A stretch of DNA of 64,000 nucleotides, from contig CAWJEJ010000003.1 in the NCBI GenBank assembly GCA_963841855.1, positions 384,946 to 448,945 of the forward strand, written 5' to 3'. Shown one piece after another: positions 54,198 to 63,784 of the stretch. The notes under the pieces are model-generated. The model searched no databases, was not told the origin of the DNA, and saw only the letters and a list, made by a program, of their open reading frames with translations. The position numbers and the translations under genes were made by a program. How positions within the stretch are numbered: position 1 is the first letter of the stretch; every line of letters starts with the position of its first letter. The stretch is from Rhodothermales bacterium (GTDB lineage Bacteria; Bacteroidota; Rhodothermia; Rhodothermales; BA12).

Positions 54198-55523
54198 CTA
54201 CAGCCGCGTCCGGTCGTCCCAGATCGGATGAAGCAGCCGGTAATCGCCGACGCCGGTCTGGTCGATGAAAATGAAGCGGCGGCCGATGTGGTTGTACGTC
54301 CAGACTTCGTACGGATCGTTGTCGAAGCTGAACGGATGCCGCTCGATCTCGGTGGGCTCGCCGAATCGGATCATGACCAATCCGCGATCGGTCTCCCATC
54401 CGTTGCGCGCGCCCGCTTTGTAGCTGCGGTTCGAGTGGGCGACGCGCAGGTAGTATTCCTCCATGCGCTCGTTGCGCGCCGTTCCGGGCGTCGGGTCCAT
54501 GCGCTCCCAGTAGGCGCGGAAGCGCCGCAGACGCTCGGCCGTGCTAGGCGCGTCGCGAATGGCCTCGATGTCGCGCGGTTTGGCGATGTGAACGAGTTGG
54601 CCGATGGCGCTGTCCAGGTCGCGGACGTGCTGCGCCAGCCCGGTCCACATCACCTCGACCGGCTTCTCGCGCGCGGCGAGCGTGTCGCCCGAAAGCGATT
54701 CGAGCCGGATGCGGACCGTGTAGCTGCCCACGCGGAATCCTTCGAGCGGGATTGTCACGACGACCGGGTTGCGTCCCACTTTGAGCTTCGTCGGGGCAAC
54801 CATCGAGTAGGTGGCGTTCGACGACTCGTCCTGCTCCATGCCCAGCGCCGAACGCACCAGCGAGCGCCGCGCCTGCCTGCGCACCTCGCGCACGACGCGC
54901 ACCTCACGGGGAGCGTCCGAATACACTTCGTAGAAAAATGAGAACGTCCGCTCGTCCGAGGAGACGGCGTTCGATACGCGCGGGCTGATGCTCGCCTTGG
55001 CCGCATCGTAGCTGTCGACCAGGATCAGATCGCTCACCGACGGCGCGCGCGACAAGTCGGCCACGACTGTCGTCATCTCGTGGGCGTACGCGCGCGACGA
55101 GGCGGCGTCTTCGATGCTGAACTTCAACAGGTACGGACCGGGCGCGAGTGCGAGCGATTGGGCCGTTCGGTCGGCGAACCGGTCTTCGATCGTCGCGTCG
55201 TAGGTCGAGGCGGTTACGGTCTTGTCCCACGTCTTGCCTGCGACGTACGCGCCCTGCCGCCCGCCCCGCTCGAGCCGGTAGACACCGAGCGTGACGCTGT
55301 AGCGGCTCTGATATCCAGCGTCGGCGCGCGTGAACGAGAGCGCGGCATAGGAGATCTTCGTGTACACGTCGAGGCGTGTCTGCGTCCCGGCGTCGGCACG
55401 CACGCTGATGGCGTCGACTTCGAACGGAGCGGCGGCTTCCTGCGCGACAGCCGCTCCGCAGATCAGCAGCGCACAACCGATCCACAGGCAGACGCGCAGA
55501 GCGAAGCGTTCGAGAACCATCAT
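54198..55523 (-). CDS. GWxTD domain-containing protein
   Basis: ATG-ATG at 55523 gives MMVLERFALRVCLWIGCALLICGAAVAQ. C-terminal NGWETDRGLVMIRFGEP…EVWTY motif. Confidence 0.8.
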   Translation of the reverse strand: MMVLERFALRVCLWIGCALLICGAAVAQEAAAPFEVDAISVRADAGTQTRLDVYTKISYAALSFTRADAGYQSRYSVTLGVYRLERGGRQGAYVAGKTWDKTVTASTYDATIEDRFADRTAQSLALAPGPYLLKFSIEDAASSRAYAHEMTTVVADLSRAPSVSDLILVDSYDAAKASISPRVSNAVSSDERTFSFFYEVYSDAPREVRVVREVRRQARRSLVRSALGMEQDESSNATYSMVAPTKLKVGRNPVVVTIPLEGFRVGSYTVRIRLESLSGDTLAAREKPVEVMWTGLAQHVRDLDSAIGQLVHIAKPRDIEAIRDAPSTAERLRRFRAYWERMDPTPGTARNERMEEYYLRVAHSNRSYKAGARNGWETDRGLVMIRFGEPTEIERHPFSFDNDPYEVWTYNHIGRRFIFIDQTGVGDYRLLHPIWDDRTRL

Positions 55524-55752
55524 GCCGAAAAGTGTAGCTGTACGCAGAAGCAGAGCAAGGCGAAAAGGCAGCGGAGACGTAGCGCGTCTAGGACGCCGCG
55601 CGCACGATACGCTGACTGATGGATAGGGAAGAGCCCAAAGGCGGAAATGCAAAGATGCGACATTTACGGCTCTGCGCGTCGCCCGCAATGTCTCGCCCGC
55701 CCGAGTGCGCATCTGAACCGTTTTCTAAAGCGCTCAACGGCTCATTGTGTGC

Positions 55753-56133
55753 TCAACCGGTGCCACTCCAGCCCGTTTGCTCATCGTGCGACCGCGTCAT
55801 GGAGACCTCGACGGATCCCGTGTGCCGCGTCGATATGGGTTCTATGAGAGCCAGAAAGCACGGCGCGTCGGCAATGGGACGGTGCTGAGTCGCGCGCGGG
55901 ACGACGCAAAACGAACCGGCTTCCAGTTCGACCGCACCGTCCTCCAACTCGATGCGCAGCCGGCCCTTGAGGATCAAGAACAACTCGTCCTCGTCGGCAT
56001 GGTCGTGCCATACGAATTCGCCCCTGACCTTGGCGACCTTGACGTACTGATCGCCCACACGCCCCACCACGCGCGGCGACCACCATTCAGTCAGCTTCTC
56101 TGCTTCGGTCAGCAGGTGAACGGCGTCGATCAT
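55753..56133 (-). CDS. cupin-domain protein
   Basis: FVWHDHADEDELFLILKGRLRIELEDGAVELEAGSFCVVPRATQHRP shows the two cupin motifs. Confidence 0.65.
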   Translation of the reverse strand: MIDAVHLLTEAEKLTEWWSPRVVGRVGDQYVKVAKVRGEFVWHDHADEDELFLILKGRLRIELEDGAVELEAGSFCVVPRATQHRPIADAPCFLALIEPISTRHTGSVEVSMTRSHDEQTGWSGTG

Positions 56134-56231
56134 GGTGGACGAGAGGTAGGGTGGGGCGAGAGCGCTTGGAAGGCCGAGAAGGTACGCCCGCCGGCCGCCT
56201 ATCTTCGGCGCTCCTCTGCACCACCGATACC

Positions 56232-57206
56232 ATGCCCACTTCCGATCTGCTTACCGTCGGCATCGCTCAGATAGCGCCTGTCTGGCTCGACCGAGACGCC
56301 ACGCTCGCCCGCGTCATCGACTTCGTAGAGGAGGCCGCCGGCGCGGGCTGCGGGCTGGTCGCCTTCGGCGAGGCGTTCGTGCCGGGCTATCCGTTCTGGA
56401 TCAGCCTGACCGATGGTGGACGCTTCGAGAGCGACGTGCAGAAAGATTTCCACGCCCACTACGTCGGCCAAGCCGTGTGCATCGCCGACGGCCACCTTGA
56501 CGGCGTGTGCGCGGCTGTCAAGGCGAGCGGCGTCGCGGTCGTGCTGGGCGTCATCGAGCGCGACCGGAGACGAGGGCACAGCGTTTTCGCCTCGCTCGTC
56601 TACATAGATCCCCAAGGCGAGATCGGCAGCGTCCACCGCAAGCTGATGCCGACGTACGAGGAGCGCCTGTCGTGGGCGCCGGGAGACGGTCATGGCCTGC
56701 GTACGCACCGCCTCCACGCGTGGACGGTCGGCGGGCTGAACTGCTGGGAAAACTGGATGCCGCTGGCCAGAGCCGCGCTCTACGGGCAAGGCGAGGATCT
56801 ACACGTCGCGATCTGGCCCGGCTCGACGCGCAACACGCACGACATCACGCGCATGATCGCCAAGGAAAGCCGCAGCTACGTCCTCTCGGCCGCGCCGCCG
56901 CTGTCGCCCGCCGACGTTCCCGACTCCGTCCCACATCGCGACCTGCTACTCTCCGCCCTCGCCCAAGGAGAAACGGGTGGAGACCAGATGTTCGCTGCGG
57001 GCGGATCGTGCATCGCCGGGCCGGATGGCGAGTGGATCGTCGCACCGGTCGAAGGGCGCGTCGGCCTGATCACGGCGCAGATCGACCACCGGAAGGTGCG
57101 GCGCGAGCGGCAGAACTTCGACCCGTCCGGCCACTACAGCCGCCCCGACGTGACGCGCCTGGTCGTCAACCGCGAGCGCCGAGGAACCGTCGATCTGCGC
57201 GACTGA
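56232..57206 (+). CDS. nitrilase-family carbon-nitrogen hydrolase
   Basis: FGEAFVPGYPFW (Glu), HRKLMPT (Lys), GLNCWENWMP (Cys). The ATG at 56232 lies inside the longer ORF 56151..57206. Confidence 0.85.
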   Translation: MPTSDLLTVGIAQIAPVWLDRDATLARVIDFVEEAAGAGCGLVAFGEAFVPGYPFWISLTDGGRFESDVQKDFHAHYVGQAVCIADGHLDGVCAAVKASGVAVVLGVIERDRRRGHSVFASLVYIDPQGEIGSVHRKLMPTYEERLSWAPGDGHGLRTHRLHAWTVGGLNCWENWMPLARAALYGQGEDLHVAIWPGSTRNTHDITRMIAKESRSYVLSAAPPLSPADVPDSVPHRDLLLSALAQGETGGDQMFAAGGSCIAGPDGEWIVAPVEGRVGLITAQIDHRKVRRERQNFDPSGHYSRPDVTRLVVNRERRGTVDLRD

Positions 57207-57262
57207 GCAACTCGGTCAGGGAGCGCAGGTCTACACCCCCTTCACCACACGTCATTTCGCCG

Positions 57263-58069
57263 ATGTTTTCATCCAAATCCACCCGCATCGTCTGGACTGT
57301 CAACGGCTACCTGCTACTGCTCGCCTTCGTCGCGGTGCTCGTCTTGCTGCTCGCCGAACTGCGAATCGACCACTGGTTTCACCGCTCGCCGGATCGCGGG
57401 CTGGTCGAGGTACCCGCTGGTGATTCGCTTCGCGCCCGCGCCGCCGCATCGCAGCATCTGGAATACGACCGCCCGACGCGCATCGGCGACACACCGGTTT
57501 TCTACTCGTCGGTCTACGTGATTGATACGCGGCACACCGAGGCGTTTCTCGAAGCCGAACAGTCGATGGAAGAGGTAGGGCCGGACGTTGTCGGCGAGCG
57601 GATCAACGTGCTGTTCTACGATGAGCAAACGCGCACGGCCCGGCCGCTGATGGAGAGCAACGCTGCAATCCTGACCGTCGACGCTCCTTCGCGCGAGCGG
57701 TATGGCCGAGACCAGGAAGCGATGCAACAGCCGTTCATCCTCTACCGCATCGCCCTGCGCGACACCGACGGCGACAAGCGGATCAACGATCAGGACGCAT
57801 CGCGCTTCTACCTCTCCGACCTATCCGGACGCAATCTGCGCCCGATTACACCCGACGGGTTGGACCTGAGCTACCACTGGTTCGACGATGATTCCTCCTC
57901 CATCTGGTTCGAAGAACGAACACCCATCGGCGAGAACGCGCCCGGTACCGACCACCCGCTGATCAATCGGCGCGTGTACCGCTACGACGTGGCAGCCGCT
58001 ACGTGGGACTCGTTCGACGCGCTGCAGCAGGCCTTCGACACGATCCGCGACGCGTACGGCGCCCGCTAA
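57263..58069 (+). CDS. hypothetical membrane-anchored protein with EF-hand-like loop
   Basis: N-terminal TM helix WTVNGYLLLLAFVAVLVLLLA. DTDGDKRINDQD fits the DxDxDxxxxxxD calcium-loop pattern. Confidence 0.55.
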   Translation: MFSSKSTRIVWTVNGYLLLLAFVAVLVLLLAELRIDHWFHRSPDRGLVEVPAGDSLRARAAASQHLEYDRPTRIGDTPVFYSSVYVIDTRHTEAFLEAEQSMEEVGPDVVGERINVLFYDEQTRTARPLMESNAAILTVDAPSRERYGRDQEAMQQPFILYRIALRDTDGDKRINDQDASRFYLSDLSGRNLRPITPDGLDLSYHWFDDDSSSIWFEERTPIGENAPGTDHPLINRRVYRYDVAAATWDSFDALQQAFDTIRDAYGAR

Positions 58070-58074
58070 AGCTG

Positions 58075-58323
58075 TCAGCCGACGGCGCACGAGGCAGCAT
58101 GCGGGCGCGCCACACCGTCCAGACGCGCGATCCGGTCCAGCCGCACCGATCCGACGCCGTCGACCTCAGTCCAGTCTGCGTTCTGGCGAGCATACACGTC
58201 GAGGACGCGCGCCGTTACCGTCGTGCCGTCCGTCAGTTCGAGAACGATGGGGATGCGGCGCAGCACGGCCGCTTCGATCCGGTCGTAGAAGCCGCAGTCG
58301 ATGGGCATGTAGAGGTCGGGCAT
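58075..58323 (-). CDS. Rof-like (Rho-binding antiterminator family) small protein
   Basis: 82 aa. YMPIDCGFYDRIEAAVLRRIPIVLELTDG…VRLDRIARL parallels the E. coli Rof pattern (PINCDDYDNLELA…LELKDG…LRLDKI). Confidence 0.55.
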   Translation of the reverse strand: MPDLYMPIDCGFYDRIEAAVLRRIPIVLELTDGTTVTARVLDVYARQNADWTEVDGVGSVRLDRIARLDGVARPHAASCAVG

Positions 58324-58352
58324 GGCCTGCGGAAAGAGTCTTGGAAAAGGGA

Positions 58353-58383
58353 AAGCTGACAGGTCTTGAAAACCTGTCAGCTT
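58353..58383 (-). terminator. 12-bp perfect hairpin after lat
   Basis: AAGCTGACAGGT / ACCTGTCAGCTT with a 7-nt loop. On the minus strand it is followed by TTCCCTTTTCC. Confidence 0.65.
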
Positions 58384-58415
58384 CGAGAAGACGGAGTCAC
58401 CGCTCGGCGCAGCCC

Positions 58416-59753
58416 TCAGCCGATGACGTGCTGGGCCGCGTCGGTGAGAATGGACATGCCTTCGTCGATCTCGGCTTTGGTGATCGTGAGCGGCGGCCGA
58501 AAGCGGATGCTCGACGTGCCGCATCCCAGAATCGCGACGCCCCGCTCGAAGCAGGCTGCCGAGATGGCGTTGCGCGTGTGAGCGTCCTCGACCGTAAAGG
58601 CGCAAAAGGTGCCCTTGCCTCGGACGTTGGTGAACGGGAAGCGCTCGGCCAGTGCCAGCAGGTGCTCTTTGAGGTAGGCGCCCGTCTCGGCGGCGTGCGC
58701 GATCAGGTTGTCCGCCTCGATGATTTCGAGAATGCGATCGAAACGCACCATGTCGGCCAGGTTGCCTCCCCACGTTGAATTGATACGGCTCGACGTCTCG
58801 AAGACGTGCCCGTTGACCTCCTCAATCTTGCGACCGGCGAGGATGCCGCACACCTGCGTTTTCTTTCCGAAAGCCAGGATGTCGGGCTCGACGCCGAGCG
58901 TTTGGAACGCCCAAAAGTTGCCCGTCGCGCCGACGCCCGTCTGGACTTCGTCGAAGATGAGGAGGGCATCGTTTTCGTGCGCAATGTCTTTGACGGCCTG
59001 CAAGAACTCGGGTCGCAGGTGGTTGTCGCCGCCCTCGCCCTGGATCGGCTCGACGAGGATGCACGCGATGTCGTCCGGATGGTCGAGAAACGCGCGCTTG
59101 ATCTGCGCAAGCGACAGCGCCTCGCGAACTTCCAGATCGCAGTCCATCGTTGCCTCGCCGCCTTCGTGCGCGATCATTGGCGTCGAGACGCGCGGCCAGT
59201 CGAACTTGGGGAAGTAGGCCGTTTTGGCTGGGACGGTGTTCGTGAGCGAGAGCGTGTAGCCGCTGCGCCCGTGAAACGCATGGTCGAAGTGCAGCACCTT
59301 CTGACCCACCTCGCGTCGATACCCCTTGGTGAAGTTGAGCCGCACTTTCCAGTCGAACGCCGCCTTGAGCGCATTCTCGACCGCCAGCGCTCCGCCCGCT
59401 ACGAAAAAGGCGTGCGGCATCGAAGCAGGGATGCCTACGCGCTCGAACGTGTTGACGAAACGCGCGAAGTGCGGCGTATATACGTCTGAGTTGGCGATCT
59501 TGTTGACGGCGGCATCGGTCAGGCGCTCCATGAACGCCGCGTCGCCGCGCAGGCCCGGGTGGTTCATGCCCAGCGCCGACGAAGCGTAGAAGCCGAACAG
59601 GTCGAGGAAACGGCGACCGGTCGCGGCGTCGACCAGGTGGCGCCCTCGCGAGGCGTCCATGTCGAGGACCATATCCATCCCATCGGCCAGGATGTGGCGT
59701 CCCAGTGTGGCGCGCACGTCGGTGGGGGCGATGGTGTCGGTTTTCAATTCCAT
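58416..59753 (-). CDS. lat: L-lysine 6-transaminase (class III aminotransferase)
   Basis: ATG at 59753. FASSALGMNHP, GGALAVENALKAAFDWK, FHGRSGYTLSLTNT, EPIQGEGGDNH, DEVQTGVG, FGKKTQVCG (PLP Lys). Confidence 0.8.
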   Translation of the reverse strand: MELKTDTIAPTDVRATLGRHILADGMDMVLDMDASRGRHLVDAATGRRFLDLFGFYASSALGMNHPGLRGDAAFMERLTDAAVNKIANSDVYTPHFARFVNTFERVGIPASMPHAFFVAGGALAVENALKAAFDWKVRLNFTKGYRREVGQKVLHFDHAFHGRSGYTLSLTNTVPAKTAYFPKFDWPRVSTPMIAHEGGEATMDCDLEVREALSLAQIKRAFLDHPDDIACILVEPIQGEGGDNHLRPEFLQAVKDIAHENDALLIFDEVQTGVGATGNFWAFQTLGVEPDILAFGKKTQVCGILAGRKIEEVNGHVFETSSRINSTWGGNLADMVRFDRILEIIEADNLIAHAAETGAYLKEHLLALAERFPFTNVRGKGTFCAFTVEDAHTRNAISAACFERGVAILGCGTSSIRFRPPLTITKAEIDEGMSILTDAAQHVIG

Positions 59754-60120
59754 AGTCGTGGAGAGTGTGGGAGTGGAGGCATTGCGTGTTGCGTACAGAC
59801 AAGGTAACAGACGAAAAGCGCATTTCCTGCCCTCAGAGGTCGATTCGATAGCCAGCATGGACGCCTGGACCAAGAATCGGGGTTTAGATCGACTAAACGC
59901 GAATACACTTTGCACGTTGCGAAAAGAGTCGCTGACCGAGTAGACGTTGAAGCGCGGGCGCGCTCGGATCCTGCCCCGAAGCGCGCCGTTGCCTCTGCAC
60001 AGACGTAACCCGCTTGCAACCGTGCCGACGAACGCCCCGACTCTCCCTGGACAGATTCAACTCAAAAAGGCGCCCAAGGAAGCGTTGGTGCCCGAGGCCG
60101 AGGCGGGCGGCGACGGCTTT

Positions 60121-61023
60121 ATGTCGCTTCCGGTTGTCGAGGCGCCGCCGTCGAACGCGCGCGGTAAGCGGCCCGACTGGCTGCGCGTCCGGCTGCCCTA
60201 CGGCGAGACGTACAAGAGTGTGCTCGACACGATCGAGAAGTACGATCTGCACACCGTTTGCCAGAGCGCGCGCTGCCCCAACATGGGCGAGTGCTGGAGC
60301 GCGGGCACGGCGACGTTCATGATCCTGGGCAACGTCTGCACGCGCAGTTGCGGCTTTTGCGCCGTCATGACGGGCCGACCTGACACGGGCCTGGACTGGG
60401 ACGAACCCCGACGCGTCGCCGAGGCGGCCAAGCTGATGGATCTGCGCCACGTCGTCGTGACGAGCGTCAACCGCGACGAGCGCAAAGACGGCGGCGCTCC
60501 GATCTTCGCCGAAACGATCCGCCTGGTCCGCGAAGCGCAGCCCGGCTGCACCATCGAAGTGCTGGTACCCGACTTCAGAGGCATCATGGACGGCGCGCTG
60601 AGCCTCGTGCTCGACGCGCGCCCCGACATCTTCAACCACAACGTCGAGACGATCCCGCGCCTCTACCGCCGCGTCCGCCCCCAAGCCGACTACCAGCGCT
60701 CGCTCGACGTGCTCAAACTCGCCAAGGACAACGGCCTGCGCACCAAGAGCGGTATTATGGTCGGTCTGGGCGAGAGCAAAGAGGAAGTCGTCGAGTTGAT
60801 GCGCGACTTCGCGGCCCACGGCGTCGACGTGATGACGATCGGTCAGTACCTGCAGCCGACCAAGATGCACCTGCCCGTCGAGGAGTTCGTCCACCCGGAC
60901 GTGTTCGCGTGGTACAAGGAGCAGGGCGAAGCGCTGGGCATCGACCACGTCGAGAGCGGCCCGCTCGTCCGGTCGAGCTACCACGCCGAGCGTCACGTAG
61001 CAGGCTACAAAGCAGAAGCCTGA
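60121..61023 (+). CDS. lipA: lipoyl synthase
   Basis: RPDWLRVRLP, CQSARCPNMGECW and the radical-SAM motif CTRSCGFCAV. The start is uncertain. I chose the ATG at 60121, but the GTG at 60022 and the TTG at 59947 are also in frame. Confidence 0.88.
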   Translation: MSLPVVEAPPSNARGKRPDWLRVRLPYGETYKSVLDTIEKYDLHTVCQSARCPNMGECWSAGTATFMILGNVCTRSCGFCAVMTGRPDTGLDWDEPRRVAEAAKLMDLRHVVVTSVNRDERKDGGAPIFAETIRLVREAQPGCTIEVLVPDFRGIMDGALSLVLDARPDIFNHNVETIPRLYRRVRPQADYQRSLDVLKLAKDNGLRTKSGIMVGLGESKEEVVELMRDFAAHGVDVMTIGQYLQPTKMHLPVEEFVHPDVFAWYKEQGEALGIDHVESGPLVRSSYHAERHVAGYKAEA

Positions 61024-61027
61024 GGCG

Positions 61028-61636
61028 ATGGCCGAGACGCTGCTGACTGCTCCGACTGCTGCGCCCGACACGCTGGACGTGCTGGTCGACTCGCTGCACC
61101 GATTCACCGTCGACGACGTGCGGGCGATGGTCGAGGTAGGCGCGCTGGACTCCAACGCACCGGTCGAACTCGAATGCGGACTATTCATCAACATGCCTCC
61201 TCCCGGACCTCGCCACAACTTTCGCGTTCGATTTTTGAACTCGCTCTTTGCAGAAATCTTCTCGCTTGAACGTGGGCAGTTGATGGTTCAGGACGCCGTC
61301 ATCCTGAGCGATGACACCTATTACGAGCCCGACCTCGCCATACTTCGCCCCGACGTGCGCCGCTCGCCCCAGGCCGACGACGTGCTGCTCGCCGTCGAGG
61401 TGTCCGATTCGACGCTGCGCCGCGACCGAAGCCGTAAAGCCGACGTATATGCCGCTGCTGGTATTCCGGAACTGTGGATCATCGCGCTGCCCGACGACGC
61501 GCTCTACGTCTACCGCGAGCCGCACGCCGACGGCTACCGCAGCCTGCGCAAGTTGACTGCCGGTGATACCGTCGCGCCGCTGACGTTTCCCGATGCGCCG
61601 CTCGACGTATCTGACCTGTTGGAGCGTGAGATATAA
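61028..61636 (+). CDS. Uma2-family (DUF820) endonuclease-like protein
   Basis: ATG 4 nt after the lipA stop. [43 protein letters not shown]. Confidence 0.75.
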   Translation: MAETLLTAPTAAPDTLDVLVDSLHRFTVDDVRAMVEVGALDSNAPVELECGLFINMPPPGPRHNFRVRFLNSLFAEIFSLERGQLMVQDAVILSDDTYYEPDLAILRPDVRRSPQADDVLLAVEVSDSTLRRDRSRKADVYAAAGIPELWIIALPDDALYVYREPHADGYRSLRKLTAGDTVAPLTFPDAPLDVSDLLEREI

Positions 61637-61709
61637 TGCACCGCGCTCATTTGGTCGAGCTAATCCGGCAGAACGCTACGTGCGAGGTACTGGGCATAAA
61701 CGCTGAACG

Positions 61710-62330
61710 ATGACAGAAACGCGGACCACTGCTACACCTGCCGCCGAGCGCCCTAGCATCAATCGGGGCGGCGTGGCGCGGCGCCGGTTCACGTACGAGG
61801 AGTACCTCGCGATGGCCCAGGCAGGCGTGATCGCGCCCGACGAGCGCACGCAACTCATCAACGGCCAGATCGTCCATATGTCACCTGCTGGAAGCTCGCA
61901 CGCCTCGAGCGTTCGCAAGATCACGGCAGCTTTCTATCGACAGTTCGCCGAAGAGCAGTTCGAGATCCTCGTCCAAGATCCATTGCGCGCGAGCGACCAC
62001 GACCCTCCCGAGCCAGACGTGGCGCTCCTTGTCCCTGGCGATTACGACGAGCGTCACCCGACCGCCGCCGAAACGCTGCTCGCCGTCGAAGTATCAGACT
62101 CGACGCTTCGCTACGACCGTACCGTCAAAGCCAAGATGTACGCGCGCAGCGGAGTCGCCGAGTTGTGGATCGTCGCTATACCCGAGCGCGCCATCTACGT
62201 TTACCGCACGCCGACGGTTGACGGATATGCTGCCGTCCGGAAGCTGACTGGCGATGACCTCATTTCCACGCTCTGTGAGCCGGATGTGCTGTTCTCTATC
62301 TCGCTCATGCTTCCCAAAGCGAAAGCGTAA
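61710..62330 (+). CDS. Uma2-family (DUF820) endonuclease-like protein
   Basis: FTYEEYLAMAQAGVI…QLINGQIVHMSP, PEPDVALLVP, LLAVEVSDSTLRYDRTVKAKMYARSGVAELWIV. Confidence 0.75.
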   Translation: MTETRTTATPAAERPSINRGGVARRRFTYEEYLAMAQAGVIAPDERTQLINGQIVHMSPAGSSHASSVRKITAAFYRQFAEEQFEILVQDPLRASDHDPPEPDVALLVPGDYDERHPTAAETLLAVEVSDSTLRYDRTVKAKMYARSGVAELWIVAIPERAIYVYRTPTVDGYAAVRKLTGDDLISTLCEPDVLFSISLMLPKAKA

Positions 62331-62378
62331 CCCGATAGCCGAGCGCTCCGTAGGCTGCTGCATCAAACCTGCACCGCT

Positions 62379-63200
62379 ATGCGCACGCTCTCCGCCCTCG
62401 CCGTCCTGCTGTTCGTCGCAGCGCCCGCCCTTGCGCAAGAGCGCACGCTGGCGTTCGAGCATCCGCTCCGGTCGGGAGGCACGTTGGTCGTCGACACCTA
62501 CAAAGGATCGGTCGATGTGGAAGCGTGGGACGAGGATCATGTGGAGATCGACGTGCGCATCGTGGCGGACGACGACTCGAAGCCGGACGATGTCGATTTG
62601 GTCGATGTGAAGTTCGAGGCGTCGAACGGCCGCGTGTCTGTCGAGACGGATTACGAGCGCCTCAACGACTCCAAGACGCGGCGCTTTCTGGGCGTCGTGA
62701 CGATCAACAACGGGGGCAGTTTGCCCTTCGTCCACTACACGATTCGGATGCCGCGCGGCGCCGAACTCAACATCGACGACTACAAGAGCGAAATCACGAT
62801 CGCAGGCATGCAGGCAGACGTGACGGTCGAGAGCTACAAAGGCAGCATCCGCGTCAATGGCGCGCGTGACATCGACATCGACACGTACAAGGGAACGGCG
62901 CGCGTCCGCGACGTGAGAGGCGGCGCCCGAGTCGACACGTACAAGGGCGATGTCGAAATCGCGTTCGCCAACCTGTCGGGCAAGGTCACCGTCGACACGT
63001 ACAAAGGCGACGTGCGGCTGATCGTCCCCTACGGCGCAGGCTTCGCGCTCGACGCCGATCTGGGCCGCAAGGGCAACCTAGACACCAGGCTGCCCATCGA
63101 CGTGCGCGACGGTCTCGCCAAGGGGCGCATGGGCAGCGGCGGCCCGACGGTCGCATTCGAGACCTACAAAGGCACGCTGCACCTCGACACGGCTCGGTAG
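62379..63200 (+). CDS. DUF4097-like beta-strand repeat protein (secreted)
   Basis: Signal peptide MRTLSALAVLLFVAAPALAQ. Seven repeats of an x-Y-K-G/S-x-(I/V)-x-(I/V/L) unit (DTYKGSVDV, DDYKSEITI, ESYKGSIRV, DTYKGTARV, DTYKGDVEI, DTYKGDVRL, ETYKGTLHL). Confidence 0.6.
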   Translation: MRTLSALAVLLFVAAPALAQERTLAFEHPLRSGGTLVVDTYKGSVDVEAWDEDHVEIDVRIVADDDSKPDDVDLVDVKFEASNGRVSVETDYERLNDSKTRRFLGVVTINNGGSLPFVHYTIRMPRGAELNIDDYKSEITIAGMQADVTVESYKGSIRVNGARDIDIDTYKGTARVRDVRGGARVDTYKGDVEIAFANLSGKVTVDTYKGDVRLIVPYGAGFALDADLGRKGNLDTRLPIDVRDGLAKGRMGSGGPTVAFETYKGTLHLDTAR

Positions 63201-63287
63201 ACGCGCCCCATCGTTTGCGAAAAGCGCACGTGCGGCGCGGGCAGGCCACTCGTAGGTTGGCGGTTCACTTTTGAACTCCTCTCCGAC

Positions 63288-63710
63288 ATGGAACGCACCC
63301 TCGCCATTATCAAGCCCGACGCCGTCGCCAACGGACACGCCGGAGCCATCCTCGACCGCATTCTCAAAGAAGGCTTCGCCGTAAGGGCGATGAAACTCGT
63401 CCGCCTGAGCGAGACCGAAGCAGGCGGCTTCTACGCCGTCCACCACGAGCGCCCGTTCTTTGGCGAACTGGTCGAATTCATGTCGAGCGGCGCCTGTGTC
63501 CCTCTCGTCTTGGAGCGCGAAGATGCCGTCGCCAAGTGGCGCGAAGTGATCGGCGCGACCAACCCCGCCGACGCCGCCGAAGGCACGATCCGCAAGCAGT
63601 TCGCCGAGAGCCTGGGCCGCAACGCTGCGCACGGATCGGACAGCGCCGAGAACGGACGGATCGAAGCCAACTACTTCTTCGCCGAGCACGAAATCGTCGC
63701 CAACGGCTGA
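63288..63710 (+). CDS. ndk: nucleoside-diphosphate kinase
   Basis: [30 protein letters not shown] (active-site His). Confidence 0.92.
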   Translation: MERTLAIIKPDAVANGHAGAILDRILKEGFAVRAMKLVRLSETEAGGFYAVHHERPFFGELVEFMSSGACVPLVLEREDAVAKWREVIGATNPADAAEGTIRKQFAESLGRNAAHGSDSAENGRIEANYFFAEHEIVANG

Positions 63711-63749
63711 GGGTCCGCGACCCGCTGATGGGCTTCGCCCACCTCGTTC

Positions 63750-63784
63750 AAGCCTGTCAGATCGTTGAGGTCTGGCAGGCTTTT
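63750..63784 (+). terminator. intrinsic terminator of ndk
   Basis: AAGCCTGTCAGATC pairs with GGTCTGGCAGGCTT (14 bp, two G-U pairs) around loop GTTGA, then runs into TTTTG. Confidence 0.65.
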
